DNA from: Candidatus Nitrospira inopinata
GTDB taxonomy: Bacteria > Nitrospirota > Nitrospiria > Nitrospirales > Nitrospiraceae
DNA: 32,000 nucleotides
Assembly (NCBI RefSeq): GCF_001458695.1
Contig: NZ_LN885086.1
Coordinates: 3,263,118 to 3,295,117, forward strand
Reading direction: 5' to 3'
Shown here: one piece after another, positions 1 through 7,914 of the stretch
Position numbering within the stretch: position 1 is the first letter of the stretch
Layout of the letters: every line of letters starts with the position of its first letter
Position numbers and translations under genes: made by a program
The notes under the pieces: generated by a model
The model's database searches: none
Told to the model about the DNA's origin: nothing
Seen by the model: the letters and a program-made list of their open reading frames with translations, nothing else

Positions 1-1154
1 TTGTAGACGGCCTGGCGAACCTTGTCGACCTCGGTTGAGCCGGCCTGCTCAACAGCCTGCTTCCACACATACACGCCGAAATAGGCGGCTTCGATCGGAT
101 CATCCGTCACCCGATTCTCGCCGTCCGGCAAGTTATTTCGCTTGCAGTACGCCTTGAAATTCGCGACGAACTTCTTGTTTTGAGGCGTATCCACACTTTG
201 AAAATAGTTCCACGCGGCCAGGTGTCCGACCAACGCCGTCGTGTCCATTCCTCGCAATTCGTCTTCGGCCACGCTGAAGGCCATGATCGGAGCGTCTTCC
301 GCCCTCAGTCCCTGGTTGGCGAATTCTTTGTAAAAGGGAACATTGCTGTCGCCGTTGATCGTGCTGATGACGGCGGCTCCTCCGCCGGCCGCGAATTTTT
401 TGATCTTGCCGCAGATAGTTTGATAATCCTGATGATGGAAAGGAGTGTATTCTTCCGCAATGTTGGCCGGTGGCACCCCTTTGGCCAGCAGCATCGCCCG
501 AAGAATTTTGTTCGTCGTGCGAGGATAGACGTAGTCGCTCCCCAACAAATAAAACTTTTTGTACGAGCCTCCTTCCGGACTCATGAGGTATTCGACGGCC
601 GGCTGCGCCTGTTGATTGACGGCGGCGCCGGTGTAGAACACGTTCCGCGAACATTCCTCGCCTTCGTACTGAACAGGATAAAAGAGCAGGCCGTTGTTCT
701 TCTCGAAGACGGGCAGGACGGATTTTCGGCTGACCGACGTCCAGCAGCCGAAGACGACGGACACTTTATCCTGCAACAACAACTGTTTGGCTTTTTCTGC
801 AAAGAGATCCCAATTGGAAGCGGGATCAACAACGACGGGCTGGATCTCCCGTCCCATCACACCGCCGGCTTTGTTAATTTCTTCCACCGCCATCAGCACG
901 ACGTCGCGCAACGACACTTCACTGATGGCCATGGTGCCGCTCAGTGAATGAAGAACGCCGATTTTGATTGGTGGTCCACCCGCCGCATAGGAGAGGGCGT
1001 AGTTTCCAAGATTGCCCAATAGGGCGGCAACCCCTACGCCTGCGGCTATTTTCCCGCTTTGAGAGAGGAACTCTCGCCTCGATGACCCGCTATCGGTAGC
1101 GCTCTCTTCCGTTTTGCTGAGGTTTTCCGTACACGGTGGCATTCCCGTTTCCAT
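1..1154 (-). CDS. urtA: Urea ABC transporter substrate-binding protein UrtA, partial (C-terminal ~45 aa off the left edge)
   Basis: The reverse-strand frame is open from 1160 to position 1. It is not in the ORF track because its stop lies off-window. My translation: (ML)[47 protein letters not shown]...[108 protein letters not shown]...[45 protein letters not shown]. From memory, the [20 protein letters not shown] and YPVQYEG blocks are characteristic of UrtA/AmiC-type urea and short-amide binders. SRREFL followed by a hydrophobic stretch is a twin-arginine signal. The SD AAGGAG (complement of 1163-1168) lies 8 nt before ATG 1154 and only 2 nt before the alternative ATG 1160. Confidence 0.8.
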   Translation of the reverse strand, partial: METGMPPCTENLSKTEESATDSGSSRREFLSQSGKIAAGVGVAALLGNLGNYALSYAAGGPPIKIGVLHSLSGTMAISEVSLRDVVLMAVEEINKAGGVMGREIQPVVVDPASNWDLFAEKAKQLLLQDKVSVVFGCWTSVSRKSVLPVFEKNNGLLFYPVQYEGEECSRNVFYTGAAVNQQAQPAVEYLMSPEGGSYKKFYLLGSDYVYPRTTNKILRAMLLAKGVPPANIAEEYTPFHHQDYQTICGKIKKFAAGGGAAVISTINGDSNVPFYKEFANQGLRAEDAPIMAFSVAEDELRGMDTTALVGHLAAWNYFQSVDTPQNKKFVANFKAYCKRNNLPDGENRVTDDPIEAAYFGVYVWKQAVEQAGSTEVDKVRQAVY

Positions 1155-1782
1155 GAGCATCACTCCTTTCAGTTGCCGTGAGATGCAAACTTCCGGTTGA
1201 TGCGCGATTTATGGAACTTTGCCAAAACGTTCCGACGCTCTGGTTCCTGCCACACCCGAAAACCCGACTCGGCTATCGGCTACATTCCCTCCTTTCTCGA
1301 GACGCCAATAAGGCTGTTGGTTGTATTTTGAATGATGCCCTTCCCGCTCCTTGAAATACCTCGGTCATCCTCAGAACTCGACATCACGACCGACTATCCG
1401 ATTTTTCCTGTTTTTCCAGCGCTATCGCCCTTATAAAGAAAGACCTTCCAGCCTGTCAAGCGCTCTTCCCCGGATTCAACGTCATGCGGAACAATGTTGT
1501 TCGCATACCGAAAATACACCCAGGCCGCTGCGCGCCGTCGCAGGATTCCTGCGATGTCTGAAGAGACCACGTGGTAGCCAAAGGTAAAAGGAATTTGGAA
1601 CGACAACGACACCGGACGGCATAGTTGCAGGACAAAACTCCGCAGAGCATCATCGACTGCTCCGGAGCCATTATGATCTCTTAGCGAGCTACCTCCGCAT
1701 AGACTCGGATGACAAGCCCGGCAAACGACGATACGGGACCGGCCTCTCGCCGCGATTGTGGATGATTCAAGTTATTGAGGGA

Positions 1783-1809
1783 TTGACAGGTTTCACTCGT
1801 TTCTATAGA
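1783..1809 (+). promoter_or_regulatory. Candidate sigma-70-type promoter for the porin gene (TTGACA-N15-TATAGA)
   Basis: Perfect -35 hexamer TTGACA at 1783-1788 and TATAGA at 1804-1809. The spacer is only 15 nt, which is suboptimal. It would give a ~290-nt leader ahead of ATG 2108. This is a sequence match only. Confidence 0.25.
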
Positions 1810-2029
1810 CTCCCCCCACCTTACAGGACTTCCCAATAAGAAAAAGAGAGACCTCAGCCATGGACATGGACATCGGTCTCTTACATCCCATCCTCCCATC
1901 CTCTGTCACGACAGTTGTTTTGATCGGTTGTAGACTTCCGATGCCCCTTCGCAGTGAAGAAGAGACTTCGTACGGCCTTTGGAACAAGCCCATTTTTTCG
2001 ACACGATTGTGTCCCTGTGCGTCCAGGTG

Positions 2030-2066
2030 GATCCCGCCTTTTCATCAACGATGAACGGACGGGATC
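2030..2066 (+). promoter_or_regulatory. Composite stem-loop in the putative porin 5' leader
   Basis: GATCCCG (2030-2036) pairs with CGGGATC (2060-2066). CC (2037-2038) pairs with GG (2057-2058). TTCATC (2041-2046) pairs with GATGAA (2050-2055) around an AAC loop. About 15 bp in total. No U-tract follows, so it is not an intrinsic terminator. It ends 27 nt upstream of the SD. Confidence 0.35.
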
Positions 2067-2107
2067 TGTAGAGCATCTTTAATCACTACCACAAAGGAGG
2101 CGCCATC

Positions 2108-3391
2108 ATGAAGGTGGATCTAGTAAGGTGGTGGAGGAGGTGTGCGGTTTCGTGGGCTCTCGTGGCCGCGATAATAGTCGGTATCGGGGCCATGGTACCG
2201 GAAGATGGTTACGCAGGGGGAACCATTAAGGTCGATGATGACAAGTGGATTTCAATCGGAATGGGCATCAAGACAAGTTTCAATGCGGTGGAAGGCGCCT
2301 CGCCGGCGGGGCACTACACCAATGATTTCAAGGTGGACTTTGCTCGAATCTATATTAACGGCAAAATTCACAAGTACGTCGGGTTCGAGTTCAACACCGA
2401 GTGTTTCAACTGCGGGGTTGCTGGAGGAGCAAATATCTTCGGCGGGAACTCGGCTATCGGGCTGCTGGACGCAATCGGGAAATTTGAATTTGACGAAAAG
2501 TTCAACATCTGGGTTGGACGGCTGTTGCTGCCGAGCGAGCGTGGTGAGCTAAATGGTCCTTTCTATCATGCGACCTATGCGGGTTTCAGAACTCCGTTTT
2601 TCCCAGCGGACTTCAGCTCAAATTTCGACAATGGGGCAGGACTCTATGGTCGTGATAACGGCGCGACTCTCTGGGGGAAGGTCCATCCCATGGGCACCCA
2701 TTTATTGTACGCGGTTTCCGTATCTCAAGGATTGCGGGCTGCCGCAAACAGCGGGAGCAGTTTGATGTACACCGGACGCTTGCAGTGGAACCTGCTGAAC
2801 GACGAAACCTCTCCGGGCTATTACACGTCCGGCACCTATTTTGGGACGGCCGGAGACATCCTGGCCATCGCGATCAGCGGGCAACACCAGAAAGACGGAG
2901 CAGGCAACGTCAACGCGGCGTTCGGCGTGAGCGATTTCACCGGCATGTCCATTGATCTCTTGGTGGAAAAGGTCCTTCCGAACAACTGGGGCGTCTTTAC
3001 ATTCAATGGAGAATTCAAGCGATTCTGGGCTCGATATGCACTTGACGCATTTACCGCTGTGTCGCCGGTGACCGGATTGGTGGATTGTTTCTGTATCTTC
3101 AACGGCCACTCGTGGACCGTCTATGGATTGTACTTGATTCCCGCGAAGGTGGGGATCGGCCAATTCCAGCCCTATGCCCGTTTTACCTCCATCAATCCTC
3201 TGAACAGTTCAACGCGTCAAGAATGGGAAGGCGGCGTGAACTATGTGATCGATGGCTTCAATGCGAGAATATCTGCGTACTACACCTACGGCGATCTCAA
3301 AACGAAGGGAGGCCCGGCAGGGAGCTTTTCCCCCACTGCGACGGGAGACAAGGTCGATTCGTTCCACGTTGCCTTGCAGTTGCAGTACTGA
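2108..3391 (+). CDS. Outer-membrane beta-barrel porin, possibly FmdC-like short-chain amide/urea porin
   Basis: 427-aa ORF with a strong SD (AAAGGAGG, 2093-2100) 7 nt before the ATG. Signal-like N-terminus (AVSWALVAAIIVGIGAMVPEDGYA). Sequence rich in G/Y/F/N with alternating patterns typical of beta-strands. The C-terminus HVALQLQY ends in an aromatic residue, as in OM barrels. A strong terminator follows. The urea/amide specificity comes only from its divergent position next to urtA. Confidence 0.7.
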   Translation: MKVDLVRWWRRCAVSWALVAAIIVGIGAMVPEDGYAGGTIKVDDDKWISIGMGIKTSFNAVEGASPAGHYTNDFKVDFARIYINGKIHKYVGFEFNTECFNCGVAGGANIFGGNSAIGLLDAIGKFEFDEKFNIWVGRLLLPSERGELNGPFYHATYAGFRTPFFPADFSSNFDNGAGLYGRDNGATLWGKVHPMGTHLLYAVSVSQGLRAAANSGSSLMYTGRLQWNLLNDETSPGYYTSGTYFGTAGDILAIAISGQHQKDGAGNVNAAFGVSDFTGMSIDLLVEKVLPNNWGVFTFNGEFKRFWARYALDAFTAVSPVTGLVDCFCIFNGHSWTVYGLYLIPAKVGIGQFQPYARFTSINPLNSSTRQEWEGGVNYVIDGFNARISAYYTYGDLKTKGGPAGSFSPTATGDKVDSFHVALQLQY

Positions 3392-3428
3392 ATTGAACAT
3401 ATCGATCAAGGATCAACGACCTGCTTAC

Positions 3429-3472
3429 GAAGAGCCGATTCCAGGGTATCCTGGGTCGGCTCTTCTGTTTTC
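3429..3472 (+). terminator. Rho-independent terminator of the porin gene
   Basis: GAAGAGCCGA (3429-3438) pairs with TCGGCTCTTC (3456-3465). An inner CCAGG (3441-3445) pairs with CCTGG (3450-3454). The T-rich tail TGTTTTCCTTT follows. Confidence 0.75.
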
Positions 3473-3897
3473 CTTTCATTGCCGCCGAACAGCGCGAGAT
3501 TCTCTTAAAACAATCAAACCATCCAAGCTCCGAGTTGATCGGTGCGGCCTGGTTTAAATGAGGTTTTACGGCGGCAATCGAGGGGGCGGTTCTGGAACCG
3601 GCGTATTGAGCCGATGATCCGACACGCTTCGCACACGTTGGGGATGAACGGGGGCCGGATCTCGTTCTCTTGAGACAACAGAGCGATGGCTGACAGACCT
3701 GCTTTCTGTTAAGGTACGCGACCACGCCGATTATTCTTCATGGCTTGCCCCCCATCAGACAGAGAAGCGGCAGGTGAGCTGCTCTTATGAGACAACGATC
3801 GTCATGGGCACAATGAGTCTTATGCGCGTTTGTTTTAAGAAGACCATTTTTGTTAGACTGATGCGCTGTGCTCTTTTTTAACCCGTCAACCAAGAGT

Positions 3898-4788
3898 ATG
3901 ACCATGCGCGTCGTCGATCGCCCGCTTACTCTCTCTTCTTGCTTTGTCCTTGTGATGGGATGTCTCACGTTTTTCTTCATCGGCTGCGCCGGCATGAAGA
4001 CCCCCGTCACCACTGTCTACGAGGAAAGTCGGGGCGCCGTGTTGCTTGAGACCGTGCGGGACAAATCATTTCAAGCAGCTCATCCCATTAAGCTGGATGA
4101 AGCGACGATCGCCAACGTCTTGCGCGGCGTTCATACCAAAGAGAAACCGGGGCTGGTGCTGTTGCTCGGCAAAGCCTTGATGGCTGCCAACTTGAGCGAC
4201 ATCAGAACCTTTTCAGAAGACGACATCGCGCTCTTGGCACCGCATATAGCCGCCGCGCTCGCACAGGCCGCTCCGAACCAACAGGTCGCGTTCCGATTGT
4301 ATTATGCGCCGGAAGGACAGGTTCGCGCGGCCAAAGGACAGGATGTCAGGGAAGTCACGGCGGGGTATCTCTTCGCGGAGGGACTTTCCCTCAACTTGAC
4401 GCTGACACATTATCGGTACCGCCCCGGAAAAATCGACAAGACACAGCCCCATCAACTTCCAGATCCCGACGGCCTACGCAACCGCGAAGTGCGATTTATT
4501 CCCGAAAAGGCGTTGCGGAAAGAAATCGGCTCATCAAGCTGGTTCGGCGGATCGGATGATCGAACGGCGGTCGTCGATTACCAACTTCTCAACAGACTCC
4601 TCGCCTCGCCATTCGCCGCCCAATCTGCCTCCCCGACACCGACAATCGGCGGACAACCGGCGCAACCGACGCCGGGCGCAACCGACACGGAGCTGCGCGC
4701 CTTCAGAGAAGAATTAAAAGCCATGCAAAAAAAACTGGCCGAGCAAGAGGCGGAACTGGAACGGCTGAGACAGTCGTCAGGCAAATAA
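3898..4788 (+). CDS. Hypothetical lipoprotein with C-terminal coiled coil
   Basis: The track ORF is 3868..4788 (GTG start). I prefer ATG 3898 (MTMRVVDRPLTLSSCFVLVMGCLTFFFIGCAGMK). It has a lipobox-like FIGC after a hydrophobic segment. The C-terminus has a P/T/Q-rich linker followed by ELRAFREELKAMQKKLAEQEAELERLRQ. I recognise no family. Confidence 0.6.
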   Translation: MTMRVVDRPLTLSSCFVLVMGCLTFFFIGCAGMKTPVTTVYEESRGAVLLETVRDKSFQAAHPIKLDEATIANVLRGVHTKEKPGLVLLLGKALMAANLSDIRTFSEDDIALLAPHIAAALAQAAPNQQVAFRLYYAPEGQVRAAKGQDVREVTAGYLFAEGLSLNLTLTHYRYRPGKIDKTQPHQLPDPDGLRNREVRFIPEKALRKEIGSSSWFGGSDDRTAVVDYQLLNRLLASPFAAQSASPTPTIGGQPAQPTPGATDTELRAFREELKAMQKKLAEQEAELERLRQSSGK

Positions 4789-5003
4789 GCGCTTCTGCGA
4801 CCGCCCAATTTTCCCCTCCGCAACACCGTTCGCTATTCTCCCGTAAGAAAGTGTAGGCCCCTGTCGCCAATGACCTACAAACAATGCACGGCTTGCGCCA
4901 AGCGTTACGCGCGGAGTCGCCTGAAACCGCTCCTATTCGCTTCACACTGAGAAGGCATAGGTATTGCTCAATTACAGCCGAGCAGACCGGACGATTCTCT
5001 TAA

Positions 5004-5477
5004 ATGGGTGATGCGGCCATGTGGGAAAGTAAGAAATGGATGGATAGGCCCAACGGCGAACCGTTCACCATTCTCGGCAAGGATGTGGTCTTCAAGGGGA
5101 TCGCCCATTTCGAGGGCGTCGTTCAACTCGACAGCCGCTTCGAAGGCGACATTCACACGACGGGAACGATCGTGATCGGCGAGCACGCGGTCGTCTGCGG
5201 CACACTCGACGTCGGCACATTGATCTGCAGCGGCAAGATTAAAGGAACCGTCACGGCAAGCCAAAAAATCCACCTCCTCAAGCAAGCCGTCCTTATCGGC
5301 GACATCCGCACGCCGGTGTTTTTGATAGAGGAGGGAGCCTACTTCAAGGGACTCAGCGATATGGGAACCCATCCTTTTGAAGCGGAGCCCATCACCGACA
5401 CCCAAGCGCTGCCCGCCACGGTCGAACCGCCCGAGCTCTCTCGATCGCTGCTCATCGAAGGTGCCACTCGCGGCTAG
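5004..5477 (+). CDS. Bactofilin-family (DUF583, CcmA-like) cytoskeletal protein
   Basis: The core FTILGKDVVFKGIAHFEGVVQLDSRFEGDIHTTGTIVIGEHAVVCGTLDVGTLICSGKIKGTVTASQKIHLLKQAVLIGDIRTPVFLIEEGAYFKG shows the repetitive G-x-V/I beta-helix pattern of bactofilins. It has a disordered P/E-rich C-tail. The start is uncertain (in-frame ATGs at 5004, 5019 and 5040) and there is no strong SD. Confidence 0.8.
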   Translation: MGDAAMWESKKWMDRPNGEPFTILGKDVVFKGIAHFEGVVQLDSRFEGDIHTTGTIVIGEHAVVCGTLDVGTLICSGKIKGTVTASQKIHLLKQAVLIGDIRTPVFLIEEGAYFKGLSDMGTHPFEAEPITDTQALPATVEPPELSRSLLIEGATRG

Positions 5478-5656
5478 CTCTCTTCGCCAACCCGACAAAC
5501 TCTCGAGGGGCGGCCGACCCGTCGTCAACGTCTTGCGCCCATGGCATCGATCTCCTAGAATGCGACTCGCTTGCGGAACTGCGAGTTATCCCATCGTCAC
5601 TCAGACAGACAGAGGCGCCCCTGGCTGGGGCAATAACTACAACCTGGAGGTATGGC

Positions 5657-6241
5657 ATGAAAGCAGTGAACGGTGTTGCGGCTGTGACCATGGCGTCGGC
5701 TCTCTTATTCGGCGTGGCGTCGTGCCCTCCCGCCGAGGCCGGCACGGTCGAGTCGCTGGTCATAGTGGACGCGAAGGGGAAGACGCTCGGCCCCATCGTC
5801 GAGTTTGCCGGCCCCTTCTTTAAACTGCCCCTTGTTCCGTTCAAAGTCGGCGACTCCGTCTTCGTTCTTTCCATCTTCAAGAACAAGATCGCCGGAAGCG
5901 GGAACCCGGTCAATCTGTATTTTGACAACCGACGGTGCGACCATAAAGCCGGTCAAGTCGTCGCCGCTTTGGACGAAATCATCACAAAGGAAGCGGTACG
6001 AGACGAGACGTTCTGGTCTTTCGTCGGCGCGGACGGGAAGACGGTGTATGTCCCGACGCCCAAGGCGCAGCCGATCAAATCCTTCAAGGTTCAGTCCAGA
6101 CTTTACGTGGAACCCAACGGAGAGGTCGAGTGTCAGGAATACCCGAAATTCATTCCCACGGCCATCCCCGCGACTGCGATTGAAAACATGCTTGACTCGT
6201 TTACGCCCCCGTTCTCCGTTGACGCCGTCGTTAAGAAATAA
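5657..6241 (+). CDS. Exported hypothetical protein, possible lipoprotein
   Basis: SD GGAGG lies 7 nt before the ATG. Signal peptide MKAVNGVAAVTMASALLFGVASC with a lipobox-like VASC. The mature part looks globular and has two Cys. A good terminator follows. No family recognised. Confidence 0.65.
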   Translation: MKAVNGVAAVTMASALLFGVASCPPAEAGTVESLVIVDAKGKTLGPIVEFAGPFFKLPLVPFKVGDSVFVLSIFKNKIAGSGNPVNLYFDNRRCDHKAGQVVAALDEIITKEAVRDETFWSFVGADGKTVYVPTPKAQPIKSFKVQSRLYVEPNGEVECQEYPKFIPTAIPATAIENMLDSFTPPFSVDAVVKK

Positions 6242-6260
6242 CCGGCGATTCAAACGGCTG

Positions 6261-6312
6261 AAGGCGGGCGCGACAGCAACATGCGTCGCCCCGGCCCGCC
6301 TTCTTCGTTCTT
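6261..6312 (+). terminator. Rho-independent terminator after the exported hypothetical gene
   Basis: AAGGCGGGC (6261-6269) pairs with GCCCGCCTT (6294-6302). An inner GCGAC/GTCGC stem sits between them. The T-rich tail TTCTTCGTTCTT follows. Confidence 0.6.
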
Positions 6313-6316
6313 GCCG

Positions 6317-6386
6317 CGATCGAGATTTTCCTGGCTTTACCTGCCAAGCGAAACCGAATAGGGTACGGCAGACCACGATCGAGATT
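6317..6386. repeat. Direct repeat CGATCGAGATT x2 flanking the pxpB upstream region
   Basis: Identical 11-mers at 6317-6327 and 6376-6386. Each continues into ..(TT)CC. They are 59 bp apart. The second copy ends 5 nt before pxpB ATG 6392. Confidence 0.5.
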
Positions 6387-6391
6387 CCGTC

Positions 6392-7162
6392 ATGTCCGAT
6401 CACGCGAACCATCCAAGGCCCGACCCAAAGCCAGCCTTGGCTCGCGCCATGCGTCTCATTCCGCTCGGAGACTCGGCCGTCACCGTGGAACTTGGGGAGT
6501 CGATCGATCCCGACGTCAACGCGCTCGTCGTCGCCTACGCGAACAGGATCATCGAGCAAGGGTGGAGCGGCATCGTGGACGTCACCCCCACCTATCGGTC
6601 GATCACCGTTCATTACGATCCGGTTCAGTGGGACTTGACCGCCCTGACCGATCGGTTGCTGGCACTGCCTTTCCCCTATCCGCGTGAAGCGGAGTCACAA
6701 GGAACGCCGCACGACATCCCCGTCTTGTACGGTGGAGACGATGGACCGGACTTGGAAGCCGTGGCGTCTTTCGCGGGATTGGAACCATCCGAGGTCATCA
6801 CCTTGCATGCCTCCGTTCGCTATCGCGTCTATATGCTTGGGTTCACCCCTGGATTCCCCTATCTGGGACTGCTCCCAGAGAAACTGGCGATGCCCCGGCT
6901 CCCAACGCCACGCCCGAGAGTCCCGCCCGGATCGGTCGGCCTCGCCGACCGCCAGACCGGCATCTATCCGATCGCGACTCCGGGAGGCTGGAGACTGATC
7001 GGCCGAACCCCCATCTCTCTGTATCGCCGGACCGGCCTCGATCCCTTTTTACTCAAGCCGGGCGACCTGGTCCGATTCCGACCGATTGACCAAAATGAGT
7101 TCGAACGACTCAGTCGTGAAATGGCTCATGAACACGATCGACCTCAACAGCGACCTCGGTGA
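6392..7162 (+). CDS. pxpB: 5-oxoprolinase subunit PxpB (KipI / formerly allophanate hydrolase subunit 1)
   Basis: MRLIPLGDSAVTVELGE...VDVTPTYRSITVHYDP...YRVYMLGFTPGFPYLGLLPEKLAMPRLPTPRPRVPPGSVGLADRQTGIYPIATPGGWRLIGRTP matches the PxpB/KipI pattern as I know it. An alternative start is ATG 6449 (MRLIPLG). The 3' end overlaps pxpA by 35 nt. Confidence 0.85.
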   Translation: MSDHANHPRPDPKPALARAMRLIPLGDSAVTVELGESIDPDVNALVVAYANRIIEQGWSGIVDVTPTYRSITVHYDPVQWDLTALTDRLLALPFPYPREAESQGTPHDIPVLYGGDDGPDLEAVASFAGLEPSEVITLHASVRYRVYMLGFTPGFPYLGLLPEKLAMPRLPTPRPRVPPGSVGLADRQTGIYPIATPGGWRLIGRTPISLYRRTGLDPFLLKPGDLVRFRPIDQNEFERLSREMAHEHDRPQQRPR

Positions 7163-7889
7163 GTACGACGGCGAAGAATTTCGGCTCCGCGAAGCCGAAC
7201 TGATGCCGCTCATCACGTCGGTCAACATCGCCTGCGGCGCGCACGCCGGCAATCCGACCCTCATGCGCCGAACCGCACGACTGGCCGCTGAACACGGCGT
7301 GGCGATCGGAGCCCATCCGGGATTTCCCGACAGGGGGGACTTCGGCCGAGGCGACCGTCGCGCATCCCTCGATGAAGTGGCGTCATTAGTCCTGGAGCAA
7401 CTCACCACCCTGTCGCAGGTCTTGATGGAAGAACGTCTGCCTCTGCGCCATGCCAAGCCTCACGGCGCGCTCTATCACTTCGTGAGTTGGAATCCTGACG
7501 CCGCCGAATCATTCGTCCAAACCGTGGCGGCTTTCGATCGCCGGCTGCTGATCGTCGCACCGGCCGGCTCCGTCTTGATCACGAGGGCGGAACGAGCCGG
7601 CCTGGGAGTCGTCCGAGAAGCTTATGTCGATCGAGCCTACCGGGCCGACGGCACCCTCGTGCCTCGTTCTCATCCCGACGCCCTGCTCACGACCGATCAA
7701 CACGTTCTCCGCCGATTGCGCGAGATCTTTGACGGCTTCGTGACCAGTGTCGAAGGGTATCGCGTGCTCCTCCACGCCGACAGTCTGTGCGTCCACGCCG
7801 ACACGCCGCGGAGCGTCGAACTCGCCCGCCTCATTCGAGCGGAACTTGAGTCGGCCGGATACCGACCGGCCTCTCCGACACGTCCGTAA
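7128..7889 (+). CDS. pxpA: 5-oxoprolinase subunit PxpA (LamB/YcsF family)
   Basis: MNTIDLNSDLGEYDG...ITSVNIACGAHAGNPTLMRRTARLAAEHGVAIGAHPGFPDRGDFGR is the canonical LamB/YcsF N-terminus. The track ORF starts at TTG 7086. ATG 7128 reproduces the usual family N-terminus. Confidence 0.85.
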   Translation: MNTIDLNSDLGEYDGEEFRLREAELMPLITSVNIACGAHAGNPTLMRRTARLAAEHGVAIGAHPGFPDRGDFGRGDRRASLDEVASLVLEQLTTLSQVLMEERLPLRHAKPHGALYHFVSWNPDAAESFVQTVAAFDRRLLIVAPAGSVLITRAERAGLGVVREAYVDRAYRADGTLVPRSHPDALLTTDQHVLRRLREIFDGFVTSVEGYRVLLHADSLCVHADTPRSVELARLIRAELESAGYRPASPTRP

Positions 7890-7914
7890 CGGCCATGTCC
7901 AGATCGAGAACAGG

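Noticed and set aside
471-485. A sigma-54-like element, TGGCACCCCTTTGGC, with correct GG-N10-GC spacing on the plus strand.
   Set aside because: It lies inside the urtA coding sequence on the antisense strand, 1.6 kb from the next plus-strand gene. The -12 region is TGGC rather than TTGC. It is most likely chance.
133-947. Track ORFs 133..654 (-), 180..947 (+), 581..832 (-) and 694..951 (+).
   Set aside because: All lie inside the urtA reading frame, which is off-track because its stop is outside the window. They translate to R/Q/G-rich nonsense, whereas the urtA frame gives a clear binding-protein sequence.
1351-2054. Short ORFs (64-78 aa) in the urtA-porin spacer, including 1394..1612 (-), which looks faintly protein-like.
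   Set aside because: They have no SD, no recognisable motifs, and overlap one another in several frames. At most they are remnants of a decayed gene, which only a tblastx search could show.
3498-5004. The 12-nt exact repeat GATTCTCTTAAA at 3498-3509 and 4993-5004, both in non-coding DNA.
   Set aside because: For a 32-kb window, tens of exact 12-mer coincidences are expected by chance (about N^2/2 divided by 4^12). There is no extended similarity around them.
5705-6638. Long ORFs 5705..6613 (-) and 5805..6638 (+) spanning two genes and the gap between them.
   Set aside because: They are R/S/P/G-rich. They run through a strong terminator (6261-6312) and overlap two well-supported genes in other frames.
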